DNA of 64,000 nucleotides from a bacterium (GCA_016934955.1 JAFGRY010000031.1:70805-134804), one strand, 5' to 3'. Shown: positions 17,824 to 28,262, numbered from the stretch's first letter. Numbers and translations: made by a program. The notes: generated by a model from the sequence alone, not told the origin.

Positions 17824-18851
17824 GCTGTATCACCCTTGCTGTTCAGATCACCCCGCAGGGTGCGGCAGTACTCGGCCGCTGCCAGTGCCGCTTCCGTTAT
17901 ACTCTGCGCATTAGCGATCCCCTTTCCGGCGATATCGAAAGCGGTGCCGTGGCCCGGTGCGGTGCGGACAAAGGGAAGCCCCAGGGTCATGACTATCGTA
18001 CGGTGGAAGTCAAGTGTTTTGGCGGCGATATGGCCCTGATCGTGATACAGGGCGAGTACACCGTCAAAGCGGCCCTCGTAGGCCTGGTGAAAGACAATGT
18101 CTGCGGATACAGGTCCCCGGACATCAAGGATTTCCCGCTGCGCTTCTTCAATGGCGGGCCGTATCACATCGATCTCCTCCCGTCCGCACAGGCCCTCTTC
18201 CCCGCCGTGGGGGTTCAGGGCGGCAACGGCCAGTGCCGGTTTCCCGATACCGAACCGGCGCAAACACCGTTCGCACCGGCGGATAGTCCTGAGCAGGCTT
18301 TCACGGGTGATCAGCGCGGGGACACCGCCCAGGGGGACATGCCCGGTGAGGAAAAAAATTCGCAGTCCTCCGGTGACGAACACCGTCAGCAGGTCCTCTT
18401 CCGAAACGGCGCACAGCTCCGCGATCAGCGATGTCTGGTCCAGGAGGGTGCTGCCGCAGCGCCGCAGCGCCTCTTTACTGACCGGAGCGGTGACAATGCC
18501 GTCGAGCATACCGCTGCGGGCGGCATCGACACAGGCGGTAATCGCGGCCAGAGAAGCGCGCCCGTTATCCGGATCGACAACACCGGGCAGGGCCGGCTCG
18601 GTGATGATACCGGTGGACCGGTAGGGGATCAGGGTGTCCGCGGGCTCCTCGGTGATCCGTTCATTCTCGATGGGCGCCGGAGAGAGGTCGGTCCCGGTAA
18701 GTTCAATCGCCTGCTCGAGCACCATTCTGTCACCGAATACGACCGGCACCAGCCGGGTTCTCATGTTCCGGTCGGCCAGAGCCCGGACAACCACCTCCGG
18801 ACCGATTCCCGATGGATCGCCAACGGTAATCCCGATGACCGGTTTCTTCAT
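17820..18851 (-). CDS. pdxA: 4-hydroxythreonine-4-phosphate dehydrogenase
   Basis: 'GITVGDPSGIGPEV', 'ALNPHGGE', 'HGTAFDIAGKG'. ATG at 18851 is preceded by GGGGAGGGAG. The alternative GTG at 18872 would code through that SD. Confidence 0.85.
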   Translation of the reverse strand: MKKPVIGITVGDPSGIGPEVVVRALADRNMRTRLVPVVFGDRMVLEQAIELTGTDLSPAPIENERITEEPADTLIPYRSTGIITEPALPGVVDPDNGRASLAAITACVDAARSGMLDGIVTAPVSKEALRRCGSTLLDQTSLIAELCAVSEEDLLTVFVTGGLRIFFLTGHVPLGGVPALITRESLLRTIRRCERCLRRFGIGKPALAVAALNPHGGEEGLCGREEIDVIRPAIEEAQREILDVRGPVSADIVFHQAYEGRFDGVLALYHDQGHIAAKTLDFHRTIVMTLGLPFVRTAPGHGTAFDIAGKGIANAQSITEAALAAAEYCRTLRGDLNSKGDTA

Positions 18852-18904
18852 TGCTCCCTCCCCACTTTTCACGGTTCCGGACCCTCGAAAGCCGGCATCA
18901 CGGG

Positions 18905-19267
18905 CTACTCTTCCCGTGACATCACCCGTTCATACATTTCAAGAATGAGGAATCCCGAAAGAAAAAGAGCACCGCCCACGACCAGAGCGATAACGATGAT
19001 CATCATCGCCATCTGTGCCAGTTCTTTTGCCGCGGAGGTTTCCCTTCTGCCTGACATCTCTCTGAACAGCGTATCATAGAAAAGCTTGCCGGCGAAAATA
19101 ACAAAGAGAAGTACACCTGCCGTAACCTTGTAAAAATCGAGGAGGTCCGGGGACCGCTGCTGCAGGGGCAGAAACAGCCAGATGACCAGCAGCCATTTTC
19201 CGATTTCCACAACCCAGGACTTCCAGGGTGCACTGTTCCCGTTTTTCTTGTGCTGGTTTCGTTCCAT
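18905..19267 (-). CDS. Hypothetical small membrane protein (about 3 TM)
   Basis: Hydrophobic stretches 'WLLVIWLFLPL', 'VTAGVLLFVIFAG', 'MMIIVIALVVGGALFLSGFLIL'. No family recognised. ATG at 19267 avoids overlap with yraN. Confidence 0.5.
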   Translation of the reverse strand: MERNQHKKNGNSAPWKSWVVEIGKWLLVIWLFLPLQQRSPDLLDFYKVTAGVLLFVIFAGKLFYDTLFREMSGRRETSAAKELAQMAMMIIVIALVVGGALFLSGFLILEMYERVMSREE

Positions 19268-19271
19268 TGAC

Positions 19272-19715
19272 TCAGAGCCAGAATGCATTCTTCAGGTGCC
19301 GCACCACGGGTTCGGGACCATCGAGATCAACGGCCACGACATCAAATCGGCAGTCGAGGTGCGGCGGCAGTCGCTTTCGCTGCAGATAGGCCTGGGCAAC
19401 CCTGCCGATCTGCAGCTGTTTTCTTCTCGTCACCCGTTCCTCGGGCATGCCGTAGCCTCCCCGGTATCGCGCCTTTACTTCCACAAATACGAGAAAGGAG
19501 TCGTTCCTGACGATCAAATCGATTTCTCCCCGGTAATGGCGGAAATTCCGTTCGAGAATGGTGTATCCAGCCTCCTGCAGAAAAGCGGCGGCGATGCGTT
19601 CACCCCGGCTTCCCGTGGTGCGATTGTTCGATCCTGCATCCAATACGTCCTGCACTGGCATGCCTCCTTCTGAAATGACGGCCGGCGGCGGCGAAGCGGA
19701 CCGCGGTTCATTCAC
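19272..19715 (-). CDS. yraN: YraN-family (UPF0102) endonuclease-like protein
   Basis: 'GERIAAAFLQEAGYTILERNFR...GEIDLIV...LVFVEVKAR'. The GTG start overlaps the rnhB stop (GTGA), so the N-terminus is uncertain. Confidence 0.75.
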   Translation of the reverse strand: MNEPRSASPPPAVISEGGMPVQDVLDAGSNNRTTGSRGERIAAAFLQEAGYTILERNFRHYRGEIDLIVRNDSFLVFVEVKARYRGGYGMPEERVTRRKQLQIGRVAQAYLQRKRLPPHLDCRFDVVAVDLDGPEPVVRHLKNAFWL

Positions 19716-20347
19716 AATCCTTTTACCTGAAAAGTGCGCCGATGGATGGGGCAGCGACCGTGCCGCCGTATTGCCTCCAGATGTTCCTTCGTTCCATATC
19801 CCTTATGGCGGGCAAAACCGTATTCCGGGAACATGTCATGGTATTCCAGCATCATCCGGTCCCGGGTGACTTTGGCGATGATCGATGCTGCGGCAATCGA
19901 AAAACAGCACCGGTCCCCGCCCTCGATGGCTGTCTGGGAAAAAAACCGTTCCGGCAGTCCCCGGCCGTCGATCAGCAGGTGGTCGGGTTTGACGGCGAGA
20001 GTGCCGACACTGATTCTCATCGCCTTATGGGTTGCCTTGAGAATATTGATCCTGTCTATCTCCTGTTCGTGGACGATCCCGGTGGAGACAGCCACCGCGG
20101 TTTCCATAATACAGTCATAGAGATCCTCACGCCTGCGGGGGCTGAGTTTCTTGGAATCGTTGACACCGGGGATGAATACGCCGGGCCTGAACATCACGGA
20201 AGCGGCGACTACCGGGCCGGCCAGCGGCCCCCGACCCGCTTCGTCGATACCGGCTACATGGCGGACACCCCTTTCCCAGAGAGCGCGCTCATAGCCGAGC
20301 ATCTCGAAAATGCGCCGTTCTTCCCCGGCTTTGTCGCAGCGGCTCAC
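19712..20347 (-). CDS. rnhB: Ribonuclease HII
   Basis: 'VAGIDEAGRGPLAGPVVAA', 'DSKKLS', 'IAAASIIAKVTRD', 'GYGT'. Confidence 0.9.
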   Translation of the reverse strand: MSRCDKAGEERRIFEMLGYERALWERGVRHVAGIDEAGRGPLAGPVVAASVMFRPGVFIPGVNDSKKLSPRRREDLYDCIMETAVAVSTGIVHEQEIDRINILKATHKAMRISVGTLAVKPDHLLIDGRGLPERFFSQTAIEGGDRCCFSIAAASIIAKVTRDRMMLEYHDMFPEYGFARHKGYGTKEHLEAIRRHGRCPIHRRTFQVKGL

Positions 20348-20356
20348 TTCTCACCC

Positions 20357-23317
20357 CTATTCGATGGTGATTTCATCGATAAAGATCCACGACTTTCCAC
20401 CGGCGCCGGCGTGCCAGTCCGGCACTTTTCCGAAATTTTCCGCGCGCACCCGCACATACCGCGCCGGCACCGGTTCGATGGTCACCGAAAATTCCCTGGG
20501 AATGACACCGTACCGGTCCAGGGGCAGGGTATTGACCACTGTCGACACCTGCCGGTATTCTTTCCCGTCTTCGGAAATCGAGAAATGCACCGCTTTCGGG
20601 AGCCAGATCCAGGAGCGGGCATCCTGAAGGAATCCCGCTGCCAGATACCGAACGGACTGTACGCTTCCCAGGTCAACGATGGCGTCAAAGTCCTGTCCCT
20701 GATAGCCCTGCCAGAGCTGATTGCGAAAATCGCTGCCGCCCCTGATAAAATCGATAAGCGCCAGATCTCCGCCGCCGGTATACTGACTGTCATAGGTGGA
20801 AAGGATCGTTACCGACCGGTCCTTGGGAATCCGGCTGAACTCGGCGATCAGGGGATAACTGGGGGGGACTCCCTGCTTCCTTGCTACCGCCTTGAGCAGC
20901 GTGGTATCATCGATGTCAAACGGACCTGTATACCGCTTGCCGTGCCGTTCCGGATCGGATCCGTCGAGCGTGTAGTAGATTTCCGCCTCGGGATCTCCTG
21001 CTGCGAGGGCAACCCGCTGTGACTTGAAGAAGGTCCGCCGCCCTTCACTCACCCAGGGTGACGTCAGCACGGGAAAATCATCGATGGAGGTCATGAACCG
21101 GTCATCCGGACCGCTTCCCCAGTCCCGGTTGGGCTGTGCACCCATCCGCAGGACCAGCGTGCCCCCCGCCATGATGTCATCGTGAGTGATATAATTTTTG
21201 CCGTAGGCCTCTCCGTTGAGAAGCGCCGATTGTATGTAGACGTTGCCGGGGCTGTTCTTCTCGGCCCGTATGCTGAACCTCGGGCCCGTTTCCAGCACAA
21301 TCTCTATCTCATCGAAAAGCGGACTGCCCAGGGCGTAGGAGGGGACACCCGGTGTCACCTGATACAGTCCCATTGCGCTCATCACCAGCCAGGCGGACAT
21401 CTGGCCGCAGTCTTCGTTTCCGGCAAGGCCGTCCGGCCTGTCCGAATAGAGGTCCGCCATGATCCGCCGCACCAGCTCCTGGGTTTTCCACGGCTGTCCC
21501 ACGGCATTGTAGAGATAGGCCATATGATGGCTCGGCTCGTTCCCGTGGGCATACTGCCCGATCAACCCGGTAATGTCTGATTGACGCCTGCCCGTCGTCC
21601 GTGAATCCGCGGCGAAAAGGCTGTCGAGCCTGGCCGCGGTCTTCTCCACACCGCCCATGAGCTCGATCATGCCGGCGATGTCCTGGGGCACGAAGAAACT
21701 GTACTGCCAGGAGTTCGCTTCCGTAAAATAGAAATTGACCTCCGCCGGATCGAACGGGATGTGCCAGGCGCCGTTCTGTTTGCCCCGCATGAATCCTGAC
21801 ACGGGGTCATATACATTGCGGTAGAACTGGGCGCGTCTGATGAACCGGCGGTACGTTTCCGTCTCACCCAGGGCAGCAGCCATCGCCGCGATGCACCAGT
21901 CATCATACGCGTATTCGAGGGTTTTCGAGACCGATTCCGACTCCGCGTCTCCGGGAATATATCCGTAGGTTCGATACTCCTTCAGCCCCAGATGGTCCTG
22001 ATCCGCGCTTTTTTGCATGGCGGTCAACGCCGTCTTTACATCGAAATCACTCAACCCCTTCATATATGCGTCGACGATAACGGGAATCGCGTGATACCCG
22101 ATCATGCATCCGGTGTAATTGGCCGCCAGTTCCCAGATGGGCAGGAGACCGCCCTGCTCGTACTGGGCGAGGAACGTTCGGATGAAATCCCGGGTGCGGT
22201 CCTGCTGGACAATGGTGAAGAGCGGATGTTCAGCCCTAAACGTGTCCCAGAGCGAAAAAACCGTGTACTGCCGGTGATCCGCCGCCTCGTGGATCTCCAT
22301 ATCCATGCCGCGGTACCGGCCGTCGACATCGGTGTACATGTTGGGCACGAGAAACGCGTGGTAGAGGGCGGTATAAAATTTCCGCCGGTCCACTTTTGAT
22401 CCGCCCCTGACCCTGATGCGGGACAGTTCCCGGTTCCACTCGGCATCGGCGCTGTCCCGGATGGCAATGAAATCCCAGCCGGGGATTTCGCTGTCGAGAT
22501 TTTTCCGGGCGCCCTCAACGCTCACCGCGGAGATTCCCACCTTCACCAGCAGCGGTTCGGCCGGATCGTTGGCGAACGAGAACACCGCCTTGATATTGGT
22601 GCCCGAGGCTGAGATCGCCCCGGGTACTATCCGGTCATCAGCGGCGATGGCCGTTTGTGTCACCGGACGGGAAAAACGGGCGACGAAATAGACATGCTGG
22701 TCACGCGCCCAGGCGGTTGACCTGCGGAATCCTTCAATTTCGGTGTCACTGACGACAGCTATCTTCGACTCGAGCACGGTATCCCGGTGTTTGAGATCGA
22801 ATAGAAGGGATGCCCGGCGGTTACTGTCGAACGTATAGCGGTGGAATCCGCAGCGCGTGGTCGCGGTGAGTTCGGCGGTAACGCCGTAGTCGGGCAGACG
22901 GACCCGGTAATATCCCGGGGCCGCGTATTCGTCCGACTTGGCGAACGACGATCCGTAGCCGCTGTCCGCCGGCGCGCCGTAGCCGTTTTCGAGTACGGGT
23001 TCTCCGTTACCGGGCATCACCAGAATGTCGCTGTAATCGGGAATACCGGTGCCGCTGAGGGCCGTGTGGCTGAACCCGTAGATCACGCTGTCCGAATAGT
23101 GATACCCGGAGCAGCCGTCCCACCCTTCCAGCCGGGTGTCGGGACTGAGCTGCACCATGCCGAAGGGCATGCTGGCGCCGGGATAGGTGTGCCCGTGGCC
23201 TCCGGTCCCGATAAAGGGGTCAACATACGATGTGTATGCCTGCGGGCGTGACCCGCAGGAGACCAGCAGGACGAGCACCGCCGCCGCGGCCACGGCGGCT
23301 GAAGTTCGATTGTTCAT
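20357..23317 (-). CDS. GH92 alpha-mannosidase lipoprotein with C-terminal F5/8 type C (discoidin) domain
   Basis: 'VDPFIGTGGHGHTYPGASMPFGMVQLSPDT' is the GH92 hallmark. Lipobox 'LLVSC'. The C-terminal roughly 150 aa is discoidin-like. Confidence 0.85.
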   Translation of the reverse strand: MNNRTSAAVAAAAVLVLLVSCGSRPQAYTSYVDPFIGTGGHGHTYPGASMPFGMVQLSPDTRLEGWDGCSGYHYSDSVIYGFSHTALSGTGIPDYSDILVMPGNGEPVLENGYGAPADSGYGSSFAKSDEYAAPGYYRVRLPDYGVTAELTATTRCGFHRYTFDSNRRASLLFDLKHRDTVLESKIAVVSDTEIEGFRRSTAWARDQHVYFVARFSRPVTQTAIAADDRIVPGAISASGTNIKAVFSFANDPAEPLLVKVGISAVSVEGARKNLDSEIPGWDFIAIRDSADAEWNRELSRIRVRGGSKVDRRKFYTALYHAFLVPNMYTDVDGRYRGMDMEIHEAADHRQYTVFSLWDTFRAEHPLFTIVQQDRTRDFIRTFLAQYEQGGLLPIWELAANYTGCMIGYHAIPVIVDAYMKGLSDFDVKTALTAMQKSADQDHLGLKEYRTYGYIPGDAESESVSKTLEYAYDDWCIAAMAAALGETETYRRFIRRAQFYRNVYDPVSGFMRGKQNGAWHIPFDPAEVNFYFTEANSWQYSFFVPQDIAGMIELMGGVEKTAARLDSLFAADSRTTGRRQSDITGLIGQYAHGNEPSHHMAYLYNAVGQPWKTQELVRRIMADLYSDRPDGLAGNEDCGQMSAWLVMSAMGLYQVTPGVPSYALGSPLFDEIEIVLETGPRFSIRAEKNSPGNVYIQSALLNGEAYGKNYITHDDIMAGGTLVLRMGAQPNRDWGSGPDDRFMTSIDDFPVLTSPWVSEGRRTFFKSQRVALAAGDPEAEIYYTLDGSDPERHGKRYTGPFDIDDTTLLKAVARKQGVPPSYPLIAEFSRIPKDRSVTILSTYDSQYTGGGDLALIDFIRGGSDFRNQLWQGYQGQDFDAIVDLGSVQSVRYLAAGFLQDARSWIWLPKAVHFSISEDGKEYRQVSTVVNTLPLDRYGVIPREFSVTIEPVPARYVRVRAENFGKVPDWHAGAGGKSWIFIDEITIE

Positions 23318-23356
23318 CTGTCTCTCCGTTTACATGCGTCGCAGAATGTAATGGAA

Positions 23357-25906
23357 TCAGTCCTCCTGATAACTGTCCACCAGGGATACAATGCGCAGCC
23401 GGGCCTTGAGGTTCACCCCCCTGACATCCGACCGCAGTATTACCTCCCGCTCTTCACCGGGAAGCAGATCGAAATAGTTGTCGGTGAACCTGCCGGGAAC
23501 ACCGTCACAGCGCAGATACACTGCCCGGGCGTATGTTTCGGACCGCAGTCTGATCCGGTATCCTTCCCGGCAGGAAGTGATATCCGTCGTGATCTCCGCC
23601 GCAGGCAGACGCAGATGCAGCGGCTTCACGAAGAGCCAGGTACGGGAAGCGAGCACCCTGCCGCCCGCGCTGAGAGTCAATGCCAGCACCGCCCGGTCCT
23701 GCATCCCTTCAGGCACGAGATCAGCGAGCGGCGCCTGAAAAAGGACCGTGGAGCTGTTGGCGGGAACGGATCGGTTCAGCTCATTTGCATAAAGCACCGT
23801 TCCGGTGAAATCGAGAACGCGAATCCCCAGCACCGCCGGTGTATTCCCGAGCCGGTCCGAACTGACATATACGGCGAGATCCTCCTTGTTCTGCACCGGA
23901 AGCAGCGCCAGGTCGGAAAAAACACGCCGGGCGGTGTAATGCAGTGCCTTCCAGCGGTTGTAGTAATCGACGCTGGACCAGGAAATGACCGGCCAGCAGT
24001 CGTTGAGCTGCCAGTAAAGGGTTCCCCGGCAATAGGGACGGGCGCGGCGGTGTGCTTCCAGAGCGATGCCGATGCCTCTCGCCTGCAGCAGCTGGCTTAC
24101 ATAGGCATAGGATTCGAAATCTTTCGGCCTGTTGTAGGTGCGGTTCATATAGAGGTCGATGGCCTCACTTCCGAAAGGATGTTTCTGATGATTCTTCATG
24201 GCGGGCGAATCCGGGGTTCTGTCTTCCGGAAGGGTGAAGGCCATGATCGTCTTCATGTCCGGCATACTCTGAAATCCGTACTCGCTCATAAACCGGCCCA
24301 CTTTTCGCTCATAGACATCGAACGGTTCTTTGCCCCACCAGACCCCCCAGTAATGCATATCCCCCGACAAGAGTGCTTCCTCGTGTCCCCAGCCGATGCT
24401 CGGGGATGACGGCCAGTAGAACCGTCCCGGATCTTCCGCCCCGACAATGTCCGGAAGCATGCGGTGAAACAGTGTTTGATAATCGTTCCAGATCCGTTCC
24501 TGAACCGGGCCGCTGTACCCGTACTGCTCCTGCCATCCCCAGTTATGCCAGGCCTCATCGATCTCGTTGTTGCCGCACCAGAGAGCGATGCAGGGGTGAT
24601 TTCGCAAACGCCGTACATTCTGGGTCGCCTCTTCCCTCACGGTTTCCAGGAAGCGCTCATCCCCCGGATACATGGCGCAGGCGAAGATGAAATCCTGCCA
24701 GACCAGGAGCCCCGCTTCATCACAGAGATCGTAAAAGAGATCGTTTTCGTAAATTCCCCCTCCCCACACCCGCAGCATATTCATATTCGCGTCGACACTG
24801 CTTTCGATCAGCGCCCGATAACGCGAATCGCTTACCCGGGGAAGAAAACTGTCCTGGGGTATGTAATTGGCGCCTTTGGCGAACATGTCGATGCCGTTGA
24901 GGCGGAAACCGAAACTGCTGCCGCTGCTGTCCGGGGTTTGGATCACTTCCAGGGTGCGAATACCGATGCGCCGTGAGAGCGACGTTCGCAGGCTGTTTTC
25001 AGGCTCGAGTGTTCCCGTGATGCTGTACAGGTGCTGTTTACCCAGACCATTGCACCACCATAGTTCAGGATCGGGGATGGAAAATCCGACCTCGATGCGG
25101 TTGTCTCCGGGCTCCAGGTCCGCATTTTTTTCAAGCCGGCCTCCGGCAAAGGAAAGTCGCACCCGGGACTGCCGGGAATCGGGAGACGAGATAAAAAACA
25201 CCGCCCTGCAGCGAGCGCTGTGCCTGTCAACCGACTCCTGAATGATCTGCAGATCCTCCAGCCGCGGGCCGTTCCAGTACTCCAGATACACGGGACGCCA
25301 GATGCCGCAGGTCACGAAGCGGGGACCCCAGTCCCACCCATACTGATAGGGCGCCTTGCGCGTGAACGCCCGCTGGTCCGGGAGCGGGTAGCCGAGCCGG
25401 GAGGCGAACAGTGAATCTTCTCTCAGCGGGGATCGGAACCGGACGGTCAGTGTGTTGGCGCCCGCCCTGAGATATGGACCGCATTCCGCGGACCAGGTGC
25501 GGAACATGTTGTCAGTACGAAGCAGCAGCATGCCGTTGAGAGTGACGAGCGCGTAGGTGTCGAGCCCTTCGAAGACAAGGCGGACGTGGTCACAGGCGCG
25601 CATTGCCGGATCAGCCTCGAATTCAGTCCGGTAGACCCAGTCCCGCTCTCCGATCCACTGCAGATACTGCTCATTGTCCGCGAAAAAGGGGTCGTCGATT
25701 TCACCGGCTGCCAGCAGATCGGTGTGGATACAGCCGGGCACCCGCGCCGGGATCGAGCCCTCCCGGCCCGATTCACTGACCGTCCAGCTGCTGTCAAGAA
25801 CGATGCGGTCCATTTCTCCCCCGCCTTCCCGCGAGCAGGAAAGCTGAAACAAGAGAACCGCCGCCGCGGAAAAACATCCCGTATATATCAGTATTTTCAT
25901 ACTCAT
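23357..25906 (-). CDS. GH2 beta-mannosidase, predicted lipoprotein
   Basis: 'IPARVPGCIHTDLLAAGEIDDPFFADNE', 'WWCNGLGKQHLY', 'RVWGGGIYE', 'LWCGNNE', 'FMSEYGFQS' fit beta-mannosidase-type GH2. Lipobox 'QLSC'. Confidence 0.8.
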   Translation of the reverse strand: MSMKILIYTGCFSAAAVLLFQLSCSREGGGEMDRIVLDSSWTVSESGREGSIPARVPGCIHTDLLAAGEIDDPFFADNEQYLQWIGERDWVYRTEFEADPAMRACDHVRLVFEGLDTYALVTLNGMLLLRTDNMFRTWSAECGPYLRAGANTLTVRFRSPLREDSLFASRLGYPLPDQRAFTRKAPYQYGWDWGPRFVTCGIWRPVYLEYWNGPRLEDLQIIQESVDRHSARCRAVFFISSPDSRQSRVRLSFAGGRLEKNADLEPGDNRIEVGFSIPDPELWWCNGLGKQHLYSITGTLEPENSLRTSLSRRIGIRTLEVIQTPDSSGSSFGFRLNGIDMFAKGANYIPQDSFLPRVSDSRYRALIESSVDANMNMLRVWGGGIYENDLFYDLCDEAGLLVWQDFIFACAMYPGDERFLETVREEATQNVRRLRNHPCIALWCGNNEIDEAWHNWGWQEQYGYSGPVQERIWNDYQTLFHRMLPDIVGAEDPGRFYWPSSPSIGWGHEEALLSGDMHYWGVWWGKEPFDVYERKVGRFMSEYGFQSMPDMKTIMAFTLPEDRTPDSPAMKNHQKHPFGSEAIDLYMNRTYNRPKDFESYAYVSQLLQARGIGIALEAHRRARPYCRGTLYWQLNDCWPVISWSSVDYYNRWKALHYTARRVFSDLALLPVQNKEDLAVYVSSDRLGNTPAVLGIRVLDFTGTVLYANELNRSVPANSSTVLFQAPLADLVPEGMQDRAVLALTLSAGGRVLASRTWLFVKPLHLRLPAAEITTDITSCREGYRIRLRSETYARAVYLRCDGVPGRFTDNYFDLLPGEEREVILRSDVRGVNLKARLRIVSLVDSYQED

Positions 25907-25955
25907 ACCGCTTCACCTGTTATGTATCAGTGTCAAACGGCGCAGCCGTAACGCA

Positions 25956-27095
25956 TCACCGGAGCAGCTGGTAGCTGCGAAAGCTGCCCAGAAATCCGGC
26001 GGCCGCGGCAAACAGAAAAACGCTTCCCGTACCAAAACGATCCAGAATGAGGCCTGCGACGATCGGCCCGGCGATCATTCCCAGACTCATGCTCATATTG
26101 AAATACCCCATGAGACTGCCCATGCCGTGATGCCGCCCGAGCTGCGTGGCCACCGCACCGGCCGCCGGAAATGCGAACCCGCTCCCGACCCCCATGAGTA
26201 TCCCGAGCAGCAGCAGGTGGGTGAATGTCCCTGTCAGGGGAAGAAGAAGAAGGGCCGTCGCGGTGATGCCGTTGCCGGCAGCCACGAGGACATGCCGCTG
26301 AAGCCTGTCCGCGACAGCCCCGGATACCTGCTGCAGTATTCCCGTCAGCACGATATTGACGGAAAGGAGAATGCCGACACGGCTGCTGCCGATATCCAGA
26401 CCGGCGGCGAATACGGGAAGAAAGGAAAGCAGGGTGGCGCGGCACACGGCGTTGCTGAAACGAAAGACCAGGAGCCCCCGGAACCGGTTACTCTGCCACA
26501 GCACCCGGAAAGAAGATACCTCCTGCAGGCGGTCAGCCTGCCGGCGTTGGTCGGGCAGGAAAACCATGACCAGCAGCAGGGAAACAAAAGAGAGGACACC
26601 CATCAGGTAGAAGGGGGCGGCCATACCGGTTTTGTCAAGGAGCATTCCGCCAAGCAGGGGACCGGCGCCGAATCCCAGAAAGAGCGCGAATCCGAACCCG
26701 CCCATCATGCGTCCCTCTTTTCCCGGGGGCGAGAGATCACCGATGATCGCGGCGGCAATGGGGATCACCATGGCTGACCCGGTGCCGTGCAGGAAGCGCA
26801 CGATCACCAGGTGGGCGATCCCTCCGGCCCAGGCATAGCCGAGAGATGAGAGCGTATAGATGGAGAGTCCCAGGACAATGAAGCGTTTGCGGCCCTGCCG
26901 GTCGGAAAGACGGCCGGCCACCGGCATGAACACGGCCCGCGAGACGGAAAAACCGGCCCAGATGAATCCCAGCCAGAATCCTGTCGCTCCCAGGGTCTCC
27001 GCGTAGACCGGCATCACCGGTGCGATAATACCGGCGCCCAGCATTGCCGTAAAAAGCGCCACATAGAGAACAAGCGTTATTCGGTGTTCTCTCAT
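25956..27095 (-). CDS. MFS transporter
   Basis: About 12 hydrophobic segments and the MFS loop motif 'GRLSDRQGRKRF'. Confidence 0.8.
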   Translation of the reverse strand: MREHRITLVLYVALFTAMLGAGIIAPVMPVYAETLGATGFWLGFIWAGFSVSRAVFMPVAGRLSDRQGRKRFIVLGLSIYTLSSLGYAWAGGIAHLVIVRFLHGTGSAMVIPIAAAIIGDLSPPGKEGRMMGGFGFALFLGFGAGPLLGGMLLDKTGMAAPFYLMGVLSFVSLLLVMVFLPDQRRQADRLQEVSSFRVLWQSNRFRGLLVFRFSNAVCRATLLSFLPVFAAGLDIGSSRVGILLSVNIVLTGILQQVSGAVADRLQRHVLVAAGNGITATALLLLPLTGTFTHLLLLGILMGVGSGFAFPAAGAVATQLGRHHGMGSLMGYFNMSMSLGMIAGPIVAGLILDRFGTGSVFLFAAAAGFLGSFRSYQLLR

Positions 27096-27682
27096 GAAGT
27101 ACCAGCCGCGCCCCAGGTATTATAATACACGATCTCGGACAGCGCCTTTCTCGGGCGCGCGGGCGGATCTTCATCGGGATAGCCCAGCGTCAGCAGTTCC
27201 ACCACTCCCACGGATTCCGGAATATCGAGTATCTCCCTCACCTGATCGGGATAGAATGACCCGATCCAGCAGGAGCCGAGCCCGAGGGCGGCGGCGGCCA
27301 GGGTCATATGATCGATGGCGATAGCGAGATCAATGGGCGCGGTGGGCATGCCGCACCGCATGATGTATTCCGGCTCAACGGAGCAGCAGGCGATCACCAC
27401 CGGCGCCCCGGCGACGAACGCCTGATTATTGGCTGCCGTCGCCAGGCGCCGGCGACGGTGCTCATCGGTAACGACGACAAATCGCCAGTCCTGCCTGTTA
27501 TTGGCCGAGGGAGCCAGTCTTGCCGCTTCCAGCACATGGCCCAACGCATGATCATCCACCGGATCGGGCTTGTATTTTCGAATGGATCGTCTTGCGGCAA
27601 TTACTTCGAACAGATTTTCAGAACCGTCGCACATACTGCCTCCCTTGGACATGGCGGCCCGCTGATGACCCCTTCGGATCAT
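27092..27682 (-). CDS. Nitroreductase family protein
   Basis: 'RRSIRKY', 'APSANNRQDWRFVVV'. 4-nt overlap with the MFS gene. Confidence 0.8.
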   Translation of the reverse strand: MIRRGHQRAAMSKGGSMCDGSENLFEVIAARRSIRKYKPDPVDDHALGHVLEAARLAPSANNRQDWRFVVVTDEHRRRRLATAANNQAFVAGAPVVIACCSVEPEYIMRCGMPTAPIDLAIAIDHMTLAAAALGLGSCWIGSFYPDQVREILDIPESVGVVELLTLGYPDEDPPARPRKALSEIVYYNTWGAAGTS

Positions 27683-27697
27683 GCAGGGAACCGATGG

Positions 27698-28246
27698 TTA
27701 TTTCTCAAAAGCGTAATAATCAAAATCGAGCTGACCCCGGTTCTGCCGCATCTGCAGCTGTTCTTCCGTAACCGCCGCCTCGTAGAACTTGGTATCGAGC
27801 AGCCAGGCACCCGTCATCTGCGCACCGGTCAAATCGGCTCCCGAGAGATCGCTCAGTATCAGTTCAGCAAAGGAAAGGTCGGCATCGACAAAGAGGGCGC
27901 CGCGAAGATCGGCATGCGGCAGCATCGCCCAGCTGAGATCGGCACAGGAGAAATCGGCATTTCTCAGATCGACACCGGCCCGGTACCTCCGGCCCTTCTC
28001 CAGGGTCCAGGGCCCTCTGAGATTCTGATGAGAAAAATCGATCCCTCGGAAATCGTTCCCATCCTGCACCGGGGGCAGATCAGCGAGCGGATCGACTCCG
28101 GCGAGGAGCGAGTCGAAGGGGGTCCCCTCATTAAGCGCGATGACGATATGGTTGATCAGATCCCCGTTCCAGCGGTTTTTCAGCCGCTCTCTTTCTTCTG
28201 CGGTGTACCTGTGCATTGAATCCTCCGAAGATGTCATCACTGACAC
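27698..28246 (-). CDS. Pentapeptide-repeat protein
   Basis: Runs of A(D/N)LxG pentads: 'ADFSCADLSWAMLPHADLRGALFVDADLSFAELILSDLSGADLTGAQM'. Confidence 0.8.
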   Translation of the reverse strand: MSVMTSSEDSMHRYTAEERERLKNRWNGDLINHIVIALNEGTPFDSLLAGVDPLADLPPVQDGNDFRGIDFSHQNLRGPWTLEKGRRYRAGVDLRNADFSCADLSWAMLPHADLRGALFVDADLSFAELILSDLSGADLTGAQMTGAWLLDTKFYEAAVTEEQLQMRQNRGQLDFDYYAFEK

Positions 28247-28262
28247 GCGATTATGGAGCCGT

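Noticed and set aside
19742-21022. 426-aa plus-strand ORF antisense to rnhB and GH92, and similar long antisense ORFs such as 58633-60171, 42229-43413, 50965-52164, 12670-13572, 5281-6066 and 27308-28219.
   Set aside because: Their translations are low-complexity, Arg/Gly/Pro/His-rich and lack any motif. The opposite strand encodes proteins with clear family signatures. These are the shadow ORFs typical of high-GC DNA.
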